The notes under the pieces: model-generated | Told to the model about the DNA's origin: nothing | What the model saw: the letters and a program-made list of their open reading frames with translations, nothing else | Databases searched by the model: none | Translations under genes and position numbers: made by a program | In this document: positions 38,808 to 51,873 of the stretch, in pieces | How the letters are laid out: each line of letters begins with the position of its first letter | Numbering within the stretch: position 1 is the first letter of the stretch | From: Tubulanus polymorphus | Lineage: Eukaryota; Animalia; Nemertea | Reading direction: 5' to 3' | Length of the DNA stretch: 64,000 nucleotides | NCBI RefSeq assembly: GCF_964204645.1 | Contig: NC_134033.1 | Coordinates: 8,502,655 to 8,566,654, forward strand

Positions 38808-39219
38808 CGTGAAACCTTGTGTCGTGAATGTGATTCAGAAAGAACTGTCGATAGCAATACGATGATATTACATCCCATGATTACCCCTAGGGAGAGGATG
38901 GGCCCTATTGATTCAAGAAGAACCATTGATAACGGAACAATGCTATTTCATAGTATGATTACCCCTGGGAAGAAGATGTGCATTAGTGATTTTGGAGTTC
39001 TAGGGTCAAGGGTCAAGGTTGGTAGATGTCGTTTGCCTAAAACCCTGTAAACTCAATTCTTAAATAACCATTCATAGCAGGAAAAGGATATTTCATAGTA
39101 TGGTTATCCCTGGATACACTCATCATTTTTCTATACCAAAGATCAGTGTCTTCAGGGGTCATTCATTCTATACTGGCTATCGCGGGGGACATAGATACGT
39201 AGTATCGAATTGCCTTGTT
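36996..39219 (+). mobile_element. HINE family D with 145-bp satellite, inserted in BEL pol (5' part duplicated)
   Basis: T-run start, (gtcc) microsatellite, 145-bp units (ccttgtgaacg...caaaggtcaaggtcac), hairpin + cttgtt end. Confidence 0.75.
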
Positions 39220-42200
39220 GAAATCTTGTCATCTGCTTTATTCCACAAGACGCCCAATACTTTCATTGCTTTACTCTCCGGGCTCACTTGATGGTTGTTC
39301 TCCCAGCATTTAATTGCGAAATGTCCTGCTTCTAAGACTGCATTAATTTCTGATGTACGCTTCTCTAATTCCGGAATGCTTCGAACACTATCTGCGATAT
39401 CGTCCATGTATTTACAAAGTTTGACGGTTTCCGTAGCATCAGGTTATTCGTTTGTGAATTCGTCAGCCGTCATATTCACGCCATCTTATCAACACTGCTA
39501 ACAAACTATTAAAATGATCTCCGAACTTACTGAGATAATCGTTAATCACGTGGCCTTTATAGTTTTCTGCCTGATTGAATACTATTCGACACGGATGAGT
39601 CGGGTTTTCTGGTCTGATTACTGCATGATGACTCATATAGTGGATAGGATCATCATAATTCGGAATCTTTCAGTAATCGACGTTCAATTACCTCTAACTT
39701 CGCTAATGCTTGGTAATAATTATTTGGCAATTCCGGCAGATCACGTTTCCATGGTAATGGAATTTGCCAACGATCACCCTTTTTTGTAGCGGATTCGCGA
39801 ACAATAGCTTTCTCCCTTTTCTCAGTTGAGGTTTTTAATTTTTCTCCTTTTGCACGTTCTTGACAAAACCAATTTACGCAAACGCCCATTTCTTCCGTTT
39901 TCCAAAATCGCGATATGTCTTCCAGATCGTGTATCTGATTTAGGAACATGTTGACTTTTTTCGGAATTTTACTATCTTCTGAGCTTGCGCAGCCGAATAC
40001 AACTGGACCTAAGATTGTTTCTCGCATTCCAAAATCGCCTTTCTGAATGATCGATCCCGCATTGAATTCAACATTGTCTATACTACACCTGTTTCCGGAC
40101 AGGCATAATCACTGGAGATACTAAATGTCTCGCAAATTTCATCAAATCCCGGAGTAATCGAATAATTGCAAATTTTCGGATAGCAGATAGCTGCGATTTT
40201 TCTTTTGATGGTACCAGATATGCTTGAAATTTCGATCTCACATATTTTCGATGTAGACTGTTGAACTGACTCCTACTGTCACTATTTCTAATTCTATGTT
40301 CTCCCCGTCTAAATTCAAATCATCTGTAAAGTCTTGACGCACTAACGTGAGCTGAGAGCCGCTGTCAAACAATTGGCCCGTTGACCATATATAATAACCG
40401 GCATAATCGATAGCAGACAATCGTTTTGACTTTTAGAGTTACAGTTTCCATTTGTTCCACTGATAGCGTTACGGTAAGCGACAAAATAAGCTCCATGCAG
40501 CATAGGGTGGTGTGAGTATTTGCATAGCTCTCCCCCTGTGGTGCCGTTGCACTTGATCTTTCTGATTTTACAAGGCGGACGATGTTTTCGAAGGCAGAAG
40601 TAACAAGCATAGTTTTTCCTAACTTCGGCCAGACGTTTGTTAACTGACGTTGAAGCCTGAGAACACCTCGGTTTTGTGCCCGTAGATTTGCAAAACCAAC
40701 AAAATGGTTGTGGTTTGGTCGGAACGGGTGATTGTGCAACTAATACCTCACCAACAGCATTAGTTTCAGATGCGCTCTCCCGTACATAAACCGAACCGGA
40801 CCTTTTGGCGCTATTTGAACGGATATCCGCACCCGCAAGTTTTCTGATCTGTATTTGCTCCCACATCCAATCACTTAAACTATTTATGTTTGGAGCAACA
40901 TTGTTTTTAATTTGGTGTTCGGCCCATTTGAGTTTATCTGACATGCAGAGTTTACGTTCTAGAACGCCTAGCGTAGTCAAATTGTCCAAATCTCCACGTC
41001 GGTTCTTCTCAGGCATGATATTGTCTGCTTTTATGATTTTGTGGTACAAGTCTATGAATTTCGAGTAGTCATTTTCATTAAGGGTTTAATTTTATCCAAG
41101 TTCCCGATAATCTGATCACTCGTTTCCCGCGTGTTTCCGTACACTGCATCAAGTTTCTCCCATGCACTACTATACGATGTAAGACCTTCAATCCATTTTT
41201 TCGACCCAGAGTTTTCAAGCGCTTTGACAAGAAAATATAACGTATCGCTTTCATTTTCTTCTCCTAACCTGGGTTCAACTATTTCTCCCCATTCCCGTTT
41301 AAAGGTCAAATAGTCATCAACATTTCCGGAAAATTTGGGCATGGGCATTTTTTCCATCATCATTGGTTTATGCTTAACATATGATACACCGTGCGTGTAA
41401 CCAACCAACCTTTTTACAGTAATCGCTTACGCAAATTTTAATTTGATCGAAATTTTGTTGGACTTCTTCCATCCACTTCTCCTCCGTAGTAAAAGTAGTA
41501 TCATCCATTTGTACAGTATAATCATCGTGGGCAGTTTCCACACGTGCAATTTTAGTGGTTAAAGTCTCTAATTTCGCCACAATTTCAGATCCAGGCCGAT
41601 TCGCAGTCATAGCAGTTTTGATCGAATTTTCGATTCAGGTATAGTTCTCTTTGCTGCCCGCCTTTTTAACTTCCACTGCTCTGCCTCAGCCATACCGAAG
41701 AAACTTGATGTGAATTAAATGGACTGGTGAGAATGGAATTCAATTTGTTCGGATGCGCCTGGTGCCGAGCGGATAGCTGTGGACAGGACTAGCGAAATAA
41801 ACTACGACCAGCGAGATGAACTTAACGTATATACATAGTTGATTTTCAGTACAGCACATTTGACGTCTGATAAACAGCGGCGATTCAAATCGACAAATAC
41901 ATAAAATTATAAACACACTAGATAAATGTTTTGACCTGATTTTACATAATATTTCAGTACTTCTAACAGATGATTTTTACACTTATCAGGTTAACATAAT
42001 TATCTCAGCACAATTGACTATTTATCCTTTAAAATGAAATGTTTCTAACCAAGTTTTCCCTCTCAAATTTATATATATCTTCTCAGACTCACTCCATTAA
42101 TAAGTTTCACGTGGTCGACGCTTTGTCCCTACGCGATATCCCTCATCTTACTCAAGATATCAGTTAAGTAAATATAAAATGAAAACTTGTATTTCTTTAA

Positions 42201-42928
42201 CCTTTGGAGACTCAAAATGCTAATTTCTAGTCGAAATTTCACCAAATAAAATAATTCAAAGATTCAACGATACATACACTACTATATAGTGGTACTGTAA
42301 TAACGCTGCATGTTTGACATTTCATCAGCAGAAGATGAGCGCAGTGTTTTCTGTTCGATAGAATTTGTAATAAATTATAATTTCTTGTGACCTGAAAATA
42401 CTTAGCAGCAAACTATAATAGGTAATAGGTCGAGGTCTGAATATTTTAGTGGTAAAATCCAGGATTTAAAACGATCTACTTACATATGCCGATTTTTTAT
42501 TTCGGTACTGGTATGTTAGGTAGATTCTGCGGCCATACATTGGAATAGGTTGTAAAGACAATATTTAGCCACTCTCTGATTTGTGATATCATATGCATTT
42601 TATTCAAATATTTTTCATTTTGTGAAAAACATTTTTTTCCAAATATGAAATAGTTTCCCTGCCTACCTGTACCCTACAGAATTTTGGATGAGGACCGTGA
42701 AGAAATGTATATTTTTGGCCTTGATTTGACTACAAGATAATTCTTTCAGATAAAATAAAATAATAGAACTTTGAATTCACAAATTAAAAAGATTTTTCAT
42801 AAGAATGCCCTTGCCAAACAGGCTCCAGTTTTCAAGGTAAACCAGACTTTGCCCATGAGCAATTTATTTTGAAATATCCCATAAAAGGGCAGGCTAAAGT
42901 TGTGCAAACATCTTTTGGCAGGCACGTC

Positions 42929-43040
42929 CATGTTGCAAAAAATCCTTTGAAGGGCATGTTCATGTTGCCAAAAATCCTTTGAAGGGCATGTTCATGTAGC
43001 CAAAAATCATTTGATGAGCCTTTTCATGTTGCCAAAAATT
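42929..43040. repeat. ~32-bp minisatellite, ~3.5 copies
   Basis: catgttgccaaaaatcctttgaagggcatgtt repeated. Confidence 0.8.
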
Positions 43041-43272
43041 CATGTTTTGAAGCGTTGGGGCCTTCTATTCTAGCTTCCTAGCCTTGTTTACAATGCATTG
43101 TGCTTTTTTGATGAAGTGCTACCCCCCCTACATTTGGGTCTGGATTCACCCCTGACTACCTTACTGGAACATGAATAAAGGATATACTCAGTTGCTAAAT
43201 GTGTAGGAGAAAATAGCACTGTGTAATTTGACATTTATACATCTTTTTGTGTCCTATTTTACGTATATCTAA

Positions 43273-43758
43273 GGCCGTTTTTTTAATAATAAGTTGGACT
43301 ACAGATTTGATGGGCTTGATATGATTGATATGAAAAAAATAAAAATAGAAAAATATCATTTTCTTAAAACATTTATTGCTAAATTAGTGATCGGGGGGCG
43401 GGATTTGAAAAAGAATAAAACTTCCCCTATTTTGGAGGGTGTTATGGGATGATGATACCTGAATATGGTCTATTTACTGCCTACACTCATAACTGACACC
43501 ACCATTTTTGCAAGTCACACCATTTACTGAATGAACCCGACAAGTATATACATTAGAACACCCATCATTTACAGCAGTTTCATTGTGTTTGATGTCAAAA
43601 GTTGAAGTGGCAATGGAAAAAAATTATGAATGTTTGTTTTTATTTCCATATGTATGCTTAGAAATAAGGGGGTGGTGGGAAAAAAAATTTTTTTCTACCT
43701 TGAATCGGAAAAATTTTGCGGCGGATCCGTAATCCAACTAATAATTGAAAAAATGGCC
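43273..43758. mobile_element. PIF/Harbinger-type MITE
   Basis: TAA|GGCCGTTTTTTT...AAAAATGGCC|TAA with ~35-bp imperfect TIRs. Confidence 0.68.
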
Positions 43759-43911
43759 TAATGACCAACCACGTACATATATGACTATATTACATTTCGG
43801 CAAGGTATTTTATGAAAATGCATATAGATTAAGATTTATGCTTGGACTGCAACTATTGATATGGTAGTGACCTGTTTACAAATTTCATACTATTCAAATT
43901 TTAATGCTCAG

Positions 43912-44031
43912 AAATTTGATGAGACAACTAAGAAATCAAATCCCGATGAAGTGATTAAACTGATGGACGTTTATAAGGAATTCAATACCGTGCTCACTGA
44001 AAAATATAAAATCAATGGATTTCGCTCGAGG
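43912..44031 (+). CDS. POLA1: POLA1 coding exon
   Basis: ctcag|AAA...AGG|gtgagt; LMDVYKEFNTVLTEKYKINGFRSR. Confidence 0.94.
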
Positions 44032-45000
44032 GTGAGTACTATTTGATTCAATAATTAACCCTTGGTTTTACTTAAATTTCATCATTGAAGTCAGAGTTGC
44101 CGCTTTTCCGGATTTTTCTGGAATTCCAAATTTTTTTAAGTGCCATCCCGCACATCAATCGTCAGCATCTAAAAATAGACCACCTTCATAGATACTGTGC
44201 TACTGACCCAGTTTTTATTATATGAAGATACTACTGTAGTCTAACTACATGTATTTAGTTAATTGATTTTATGTGTTAACAGTGTTATTGTGATATTAAG
44301 CGGCCAAAATTAAAAACATGGTGACTTTTCATGAATTTGATGGTGATTGTCAGCTATTTTATCGAACTATATTAGTATTTGAAGCATGCAACATATGATT
44401 TGATGGTGTTTGAGTTTCAATGTCATTGGTTTTGGATATGGTCACCAGGGGACGTTGAATAGCTGAATACCTTAGTATTTTGTTACCACAATGAATTGGG
44501 TGTTACATAGCCGAATAACTTGTCTTAGTATTTACATATTGTAATGATATCCAGGCATATTTTGTAACCGCAAAGAATTGCAAAATTGTAGCTGGTGAAA
44601 TGTTCTATGATTGTGGGGAGTTTCAGTCATTGGTTTTTAAAAATGGTCACCAGGGGGCGTTGAATAGCTGAATAACTCATACGGTCTCATCCACCATCAA
44701 AAAAAAATTAAAGCTCTGAAAATACATTTGTGCATAATGAATAGCTTCCATAGGTGGGCCTTACATCAAAATGAATATCTAAATATGCATACATGTTTTT
44801 CTATCTTCATTCAATAACTGGTGTGAAAGGTCAGGTTTGGTTTATTTAAGAATATGAGTATCTTAAGAATATCTCCATTGAATAAGAAATTTACTCAAAA
44901 AAATTGTTTCTCACAAGAATTGTGATAACTGAAATGTATTGACTCTGCTATCATATTTTTTATTTCGTTCCTTGATTCTTTTATTTTTCATGTGATGCAG

Positions 45001-45075
45001 AAAGTGGTGAAAGAATACTCATTTGATAAGGCAGATATACCTGCTGAAAGTGACTACCTCGAAGCGCGTTATTCG
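45001..45075 (+). CDS. POLA1: POLA1 coding exon
   Basis: tgcag|AAA...TCG|gtaagt; KVVKEYSFDKADIPAESDYLEARYS. Confidence 0.95.
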
Positions 45076-46728
45076 GTAAGTAAAATTCACTCCATATTAC
45101 TAAAAAAGTCAATCCACTCCAGTAGACTCTGTCTGGATTATAGACAGTTGCCAACATGGACACGTTCACTGAATTTCTCCTGACTTCCGGAATTTTTTAA
45201 ATTTGTAAATTTGCTAATTTGGGAGTCCCGATTTTCCTGATATTGAGGGAATTCATTTCCAGCGCTGTTTTCAAAGTAAACTCGCCGTTATCAAAATAAA
45301 CTTGTCAATAAACTTTGTTGATTGCACATTCATTCCTCCCTGTGCTTCAGTCGTCAGCTTCCATACCAGATAGACCAGAAGATAGACTACCTTCCTAGTT
45401 ACTGAGCTGCTGGCCCAGTTTTCCTTACACTGCTAACATACTACTGTAGACTAATACATGTATGACTGTAGTTAATTGATTTTATGTGTGACATTATTAC
45501 ATGTCTTATTGTGAAATGTAGTGGCCAGCATTAAAAACAGGGTGACTTTTCACAAATTTCAGTGTGATTGCTGGCTATTTACATAGCCTCAGATGCTCAG
45601 ATAGGGCTTCAAACTAGATCATTTTCACCAAATCCCCTGTCATGGCAAATTGTCATCCAAAAAGTAATGGAGAAGTAATACAGGTTAGCCACCTACCTCG
45701 AAATCTGGGATGTCAGAGAATTTTCTTTTGTTCAAAAAGTCAGAATCAATGTTGGAATTTTGCATAAGTATAAGAATCAGAGAATAACCAGGGAATTTCA
45801 TGAAAAAGCTGAAAATCAGGGGAATTTGTTGAGTTAGGTTGCCCTATGTAATGAAATAGTTGCCATCTAACATTTTATGGTTATTTAGCTCTGTTAATAG
45901 ATCAGTCAGTGCCTATCATCCATTATGTATTTTTGATTACATCCATTTGATATATGTACAGTACCACGGTTGTTATCAGATAAGTCACATCACTAAGTCA
46001 TGCTATTTTTGAGTCCCAATTTGTATTTAAATCGACTAAGTGTAACTCTACACTAATGATGGTCATATGACGATTATGCCAGTTTGACAGTATAAACGTA
46101 CATAGTATTTTACACGGTACATATACGATAAACATGCTAATACAATAAACCTACAACGTTGATATACATCATCCGTTGCTGATTTTAATGATTCGTTAAT
46201 TCAGTTATCCTTAACCCATTAGCACTCAGGAATTGCACTATGCAGTGTCAATTACTCCTCAGGTAAAATCTAAGTTCATTTCCATGCATTACAAGTTAGT
46301 GTTATTTTGTTGTAAATAGTAAAGGTTTTCATATGATATAAGATTTGATGAGGTGGGCCACCAAAATCGTGTCTTTTTCGTCCCCCGAAATTCATCCAAA
46401 CTCAAAATACTAGAGAAATTGAAATAGGATAATGTTGATATCTGTTTGGTATTTCGAGGACTTAGGTGTGTAGTTTATCATAAGCCATTGGGTTCGAATC
46501 CCACTATAACCGTTTTTGTGCAGCATACGAAAAAGTGCAGGGGTGGATTCGAACTATTTTCGAGATTAAACTATCTTTCATTCAGGTGTTATGTAGTTTG
46601 CTACCGGTTTATTGACAAGATTTTACATTCTCACATTAACATTAGATAATTAATTTTCATGTTGACTGGCTGAGTTAATTGAAATTTAACATGCAACCTG
46701 TGAAATGAAATTTACATGTTTTTGACAG

Positions 46729-46802
46729 GCTGAATTTCCAACCCTTCCATCAGAATTACGTGGAGAAACCTTCAGTCATGTATTCGGCACTAACACTTCT
46801 TG
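46729..46802 (+). CDS. POLA1: POLA1 coding exon
   Basis: gacag|GCT...TCT TG|gtatgt; AEFPTLPSELRGETFSHVFGTNTS. Confidence 0.96.
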
Positions 46803-46846
46803 GTATGTATAGATCATAGCCTATTATTAACTTACTATTTTTAGTA

Positions 46847-47652
46847 TTTTTAGGCCAGCCGAAGGCTGAGCCTATTACTATACAAATGGAGCGAATTTAA
46901 ATGACATGGTTTTGTCTGTGCAACTGAGCATATATTCATACAAATCATTCATTAAAGCATTATCCACTCTCCAAACTCTATGTAGCTGAATTTTGAAAGG
47001 GGGCCTCGTTAAAATTTATATGAGCTTTTTCGCAAATATCTGATTGAAAAAATATTAGTTTTGAAAAGCCAATCAGAAAGCAAAGACTCCTCTATGATTG
47101 GCTTAGCTGCAGAAATCAGCTGGTGTTCACATGAACCCGCGGTAACGTCAACCGTTTTACTTCTGGGTTTTATTCTAAGGTCTAAAATTGTATTTCAAGA
47201 TCGATTTCTGTGAAAGCTTTAGTTGATTTGGTTTTTGGGAGGAATATTTTTATTAGCACTACAGAAAATATCATTGTCCATTTTGCAAAGTCCGGGAAAA
47301 ATTGCTTTTTCTCAAATCGGATAGATGACCTTGATATGCTAATTAGCCATGTTCTCAAACTTAAAATTCAATCAAATTTTATTCTGCAAGAAATATCAAA
47401 TCCAATTCAATTTTACTTTATTGAACAAATAAAAACATCAAATCCAATTCAATTTTGTTTTATTGAGCAAATTTCAGAAAATTCTATTCTATTCCGCATT
47501 AAAATCAATAAGACCAAGGGAAAACATATATGTGAGAGGTATTTGTTCCTGCCAGATCCAGTCACTGTCTGTGCTACTGAAGTCTACGATTGTATATTGC
47601 CATTTTATGAAAAGCTGACAGGCTGGCCATAGTGCCCGTTGGGGCTCTTGTT
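46847..47652 (+). mobile_element. HINE-like element filling most of a POLA1 intron
   Basis: T-run + GGCCAGCC ... GGCTGGCC + gcccgttggggc hairpin + tcttgtt. Confidence 0.6.
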
Positions 47653-47684
47653 GGCAATCAGTGTCATGATGACTTCTTTTATAG

Positions 47685-47749
47685 TTTGGAATTGTTGTTA
47701 TTGGACCAAAAGATGAAAGGACCAGGCTGGTTGGATATCAAATGTCCTC
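47685..47749 (+). CDS. POLA1: POLA1 coding exon
   Basis: tatag|T TTG...CCT C|gtgagt; LELLLLDQKMKGPGWLDIKCP. Confidence 0.95.
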
Positions 47750-47861
47750 GTGAGTAGTAACAAGATAAACGGCCTTTCAGCCCATACACCTGACATCGTG
47801 ATTCCCTTTTTGGTACTCCTACAAATTGTTGAAATACAACATGTATCAAATTTTTTTCAAG

Positions 47862-48169
47862 AATTACCGAATACCAATGTGAGTTGGTGTCAGATCGAAG
47901 CGTATGTGAATGGCGCGAGTGATGTCGTTGTCATCAAGGAGTCATTAGCGCCACCTCCATTGGTCGTCATGACGATATGTTTGAAAACGTTGGCGAATGC
48001 GAAAACTCACGAGAACGAGATCATTTCCGCGGCCTGTTTACTACATCAACAGTTTCACATTGATAAGCCTCCACCGAAAAATCAACCGTTCCACGATCAT
48101 TTCGCTGCTGTCACTCATCCTCAAGACTGCATTTTCCCATTCGACTTTAGAGAAAATGTTGCGAAACAG
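47862..48169 (+). CDS. POLA1: POLA1 coding exon (inactive exonuclease domain)
   Basis: ttcaag|AA TTA...CAG|gtgaaa; VSWCQIEA...PPPLVVM...HENEII...DCIFPFDF. Confidence 0.96.
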
Positions 48170-48383
48170 GTGAAAATTGCTTTTGACTCTGGGAGGGATG
48201 CACTCCAAAATAGGGCATGCTGGGTTTGAATTTCAGAATTTGAAATTTAGAAATTTAGGCACAATTTAGAACCCTTAGAAATTTAAACACTTTAGGTATC
48301 AGTTTGATAATTTTCATTTTTGCGGGACCTGCATTTGCTGCTCTTGCTTTACATAACTCTGGTTGTATAACTTACATTGCTAG

Positions 48384-48479
48384 GCTGGAAAAATGAAAGT
48401 AGAGATTATGGGAAGTGAGCGAGGTTTACTCGGATTCCTTCTTGCTAAAATTCACAAAGTCGATCCTGACGTTATTGTG
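48384..48479 (+). CDS. POLA1: POLA1 coding exon
   Basis: gctag|GCT...GTG|gtgagt; [22 protein letters not shown]. Confidence 0.97.
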
Positions 48480-49103
48480 GTGAGTATTTGAGTGATTGAA
48501 TTTACTTGATTTTAGATGTTCTTCCACGCGTGTGGTAGATGAGAATTATTTGCTGTAATTTGATGATTAAGAGTTTTCTTGTCTGGAACCATCGCTCAGA
48601 TATAGGCTATCTGAAGCTGATATAAGGTTTAATTTCTGGTGTTTTTTAGCCCACTTGGGACTTTAGTCTACCCTAGATACATATTCTTCCCGAAAACTGG
48701 CCCGATCAGATTCAAGATGGCCAAATGGCAGCCGTTGTTTGTCAAAATCAGCACTATACATTTGTATAGTTTTCATGCGAGATTTTGATAAAGCTTTGAT
48801 CAATTATCTTGATCAGAAACCAGATGGCTGTAGTGTGATCATTTTTGTGCCCAAATAGGTAATTTTTGCCCACAATTTCCGAGACCTGTTGCCTCCGAAT
48901 GGTTTGTCTGAAATTCTTGGTGGTTATACTGTGAGAAGTGCTGTTAAACATATCTGACAGATTCTTTCATCAGTTAAGCGTGACACATTCGTCAGCCATC
49001 TCTGCAGCCATCATTGAAGAAAAGAAAATGTCGACTGGTTTTGACTTGATATTTAATAGTTTCACTGTAATAGTAGTCATCTCCTCAAGTGGAATTGGGG
49101 CTA

Positions 49104-49773
49104 TCCAGGAAGAAAGACACTCTAAATATTTGGATGGATATATGAAAGCTGTGGGTACTGGAGTGTGTAATGGGTAGTGTAGTGTGATCTGTGTGCATTT
49201 GTGGCCAGCTCACAGATCACATTGTTCAATGGGGTTTGGTCCAGGACTCGCGAGATTTTCAACAACACGGAAGTAACGTGTAATAAATGATGACTTGAAT
49301 TGCATGACTACCTACCACCCCTCATTATTGTTGGAAAACTAAACGTTCGGCACTGACTAAAAATTAGTAATAACATTTTAGAAATGGCCAGAATTTTAAC
49401 TTAGGTTCTATCTCATTTTTATTTTACAATTGCGATTGGTATAATTTTTTTTTAAACGGCCGTTAAGGCTTCATGTTTCGTCTGCAATTCACTGCAAATA
49501 GTTACGCAACTACGCACATTTCAGTGTTTTGGCTGCTGTAAACTCAATCGGCACCGTTCGTGACTAGCTTCACTGCGGAATTATCATTAATTAACATCGC
49601 CATATCACATCATCAACTTATATTGTGCCTTAAAACCCTAACAGCCGAAATAATTGAAATGCACACACAATTTCTATCATTGAAAATTGAGAGAGTGGCC
49701 ATGTTTGTGTTTGCTGCTTCGCGTAAATCCCGCGCGGTGGCGCAACCGCGCGGAGTGGGGCTGATACGTCCAG
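49104..49773 (+). mobile_element. Non-autonomous Helitron, copy 3
   Basis: Starts a|TCCAGGAAG; hairpin CCGCGCGGT-GGCGCA-ACCGCGCGG about 16 nt before the CCAG end. Confidence 0.72.
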
Positions 49774-50111
49774 GTTTTTGTTCTCGTCACCGGGGGGAAT
49801 TGAATTTTGAATTATATACAATTTGCCTATTCATATTGGTACCTATTGATATTTTGTAACCACAATCAATTGCAAAGTTGTAGTATGATTGTCTTTGACT
49901 CTCAAGGTTATTGGTTTTTGTATATGGTCACCAAGGGGCATTGAATAGCTAATAACTTAGTATTTTCATATTTTATTGGTACGTATGTAAATTTTGCTAC
50001 CACAATCAATTGCAAAATTACCTGATCAGTGGTTTCATGATGGAAGGAGGATGAGCCGTATTGTTTTGTCATCCAAAATGGATTAAAGGCATAAGGAGGA
50101 TGAACAGTACA

Positions 50112-50790
50112 GTTTTTGGTTTACCTTTGTCAGCGATATGATGTTGGCATTGAGCCAATTCATGTAAAATCGCGGTATGGTTTTTTATGTGAGCATTTGT
50201 TTCATTGGGTCTCGACTTAAACGACGTATAATCAATGCGATTGAAGACATGGCGAAACCTCCGTCATTGACGTGGTCAGCTGAGTTAAAATTCTACGAAA
50301 AAACTGTTTTTGGCGGGAAAATTCTTAGCTCTCGCGTATAAAATTGCAATGACCTGGATTGGGGGACTGTCTCTACGAGCGAATGTGATTGGCTGTTTTT
50401 GGGATATACGGGGAATTCCGGCACTACTAAAATAATTATGGGAAAGCCATAGAATGGCGTACGTTTCATTGGACTAGGTGCCGTATACTTGCGAATTTCA
50501 AATGCTCATTGCTGGTGAGGATGTAATTATTTCACACATCCGCCATAGGTATTGTTTCATTTTAATACCCGGTGATTGTTTTGATTGACATGAGGCCTCC
50601 ACGTGCGCGCGGAGCTGAGTGCTACATGACACACACACAAGCTCGTACAGTACACTACTAAAGGTGATACTGTAACGCGTGCACGTTTGACATGAAAATA
50701 GGCTGAATAATCGTAGCAGAAGATGAGCGCTGTGTTTTCTGTTTGATAGAATTTGTAATAAATTGTAACCTTCTGTAAATTTCTTGTTAC
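50112..50790 (+). mobile_element. HINE family B, 3'-truncated copy
   Basis: tttttggtttacctttgtc start; collinear with 34547 onward. Confidence 0.7.
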
Positions 50791-51264
50791 ATATATGCAT
50801 ACATGCATAGGTCATCGAAAGTAACCAAATTTCTGTGTGTAGGCATTTTGGATCTCAATCTTGCTCTACAATCTTTAGTTTTTTACTGATTTTTGTATCA
50901 CTTGGTATGTGTCTTAAAGGCAGGAAGAGGATAATCCCTAGTGTTTTTTATGCATGTATGTTATTCAAGATGGACGCCGCAGTCATTTTGAAACCCATTT
51001 TGAGAGATTTTTGAGAGAATTTTATGTCAGGAATATGTATCCTATTACAATTTTGCAGTCTTTACATGACTCACTGGCCGAGGGGTATTCTTTACATATG
51101 TCTAGTTGCAGGTCATTTTCAGTAATGAAACGTTTCAGGTTAAGTCCTGGTCACATTTGAATTGTGGACAATTGCTTTTTGAAAGTCTACTGATGAAATT
51201 CCCTGGTTTTTCTTATGTCTTTTTCTGGTGTCTGGTTGTTGCAAAATTCTAACTTTCGTTCTAG

Positions 51265-51381
51265 GGTCACGATGTTTATAGTTTCGATATGGATGTATTG
51301 TTACATCGTATAAGCAGTACAAAGGTCCCTCATTGGTCGAAAATTGGCCGTCTAAGACGCAATCAGATGCCAAAACTCTCC
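51265..51381 (+). CDS. POLA1: POLA1 coding exon
   Basis: tctag|GGT...TCC|gtaagt; [16 protein letters not shown]...[17 protein letters not shown]. Confidence 0.97.
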
Positions 51382-51873
51382 GTAAGTATTGACTCAATAC
51401 TCAAAGTATGGGTGTAATAGAAGTTTATCAGATTGGAATTACAAAAGATATACAAAGGCCGTCATCCCTACAGGAAAAGCCGGTTACTATATATAGTGAA
51501 AGTGAAGAAATTCTGTGTTTTTGGAAAATTCCGCAAATCCATGATACCGCGATATGACAACACTGATCATCTTAGCGACTGCTGTTTAAAGCATTTGACT
51601 TGAGGGGTGCATTAGGGTTAGAATAAAGATGTTTACTGTTTTAATAGAATTAATGGTCAAGTATGCAATGAGTTAATATCACAGCTTGGCGACTCATGCA
51701 GAGATGCAAAGATAAGATAAACAATAGCAATGACATGATACATCAGTGTAACAGTGGGGTGGACTTCTGAACAAAATCTCCATTCCATGCTATGGTTGGT
51801 CTTGAACCCTCATTCTGTAGTATGATTGGTGGCAGTGCCATGTTGTAAATATGTACATATTCTATGACTTCAG

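Larger units (their letters stand above)
36300..41968 (-). mobile_element. BEL/Pao LTR retrotransposon, degenerate, lacking integrase and 3' LTR
   Basis: Putative 5' LTR TGTT...AACA (41968-41746). Gag from ATG 41693 with MPKFSG and Cys/His knuckles (CYFCLRKH, CKYSHHPMLH). Protease LFDSGSQ; RT remnants (LPWK, YMDD, KVLGVLWN); RNase H DASKGAFGAV / RQELQA / FTDSMI; KTFVATRVGEI. Confidence 0.9.
33949..43154. mobile_element. hAT-like element (5-bp TSD) expanded to 9.2 kb by nested insertions
   Basis: CAGGGGCGGATAC ... GGATTCACCCCTG, flanked by ACTAC. Confidence 0.55.

Noticed and set aside
46491-46502. GGTTCGAATCCC B-boxes as tRNA genes (also ~20280 on - and ~12276)
   Set aside because: No cloverleaf or A-box could be built; at most degraded SINE heads.
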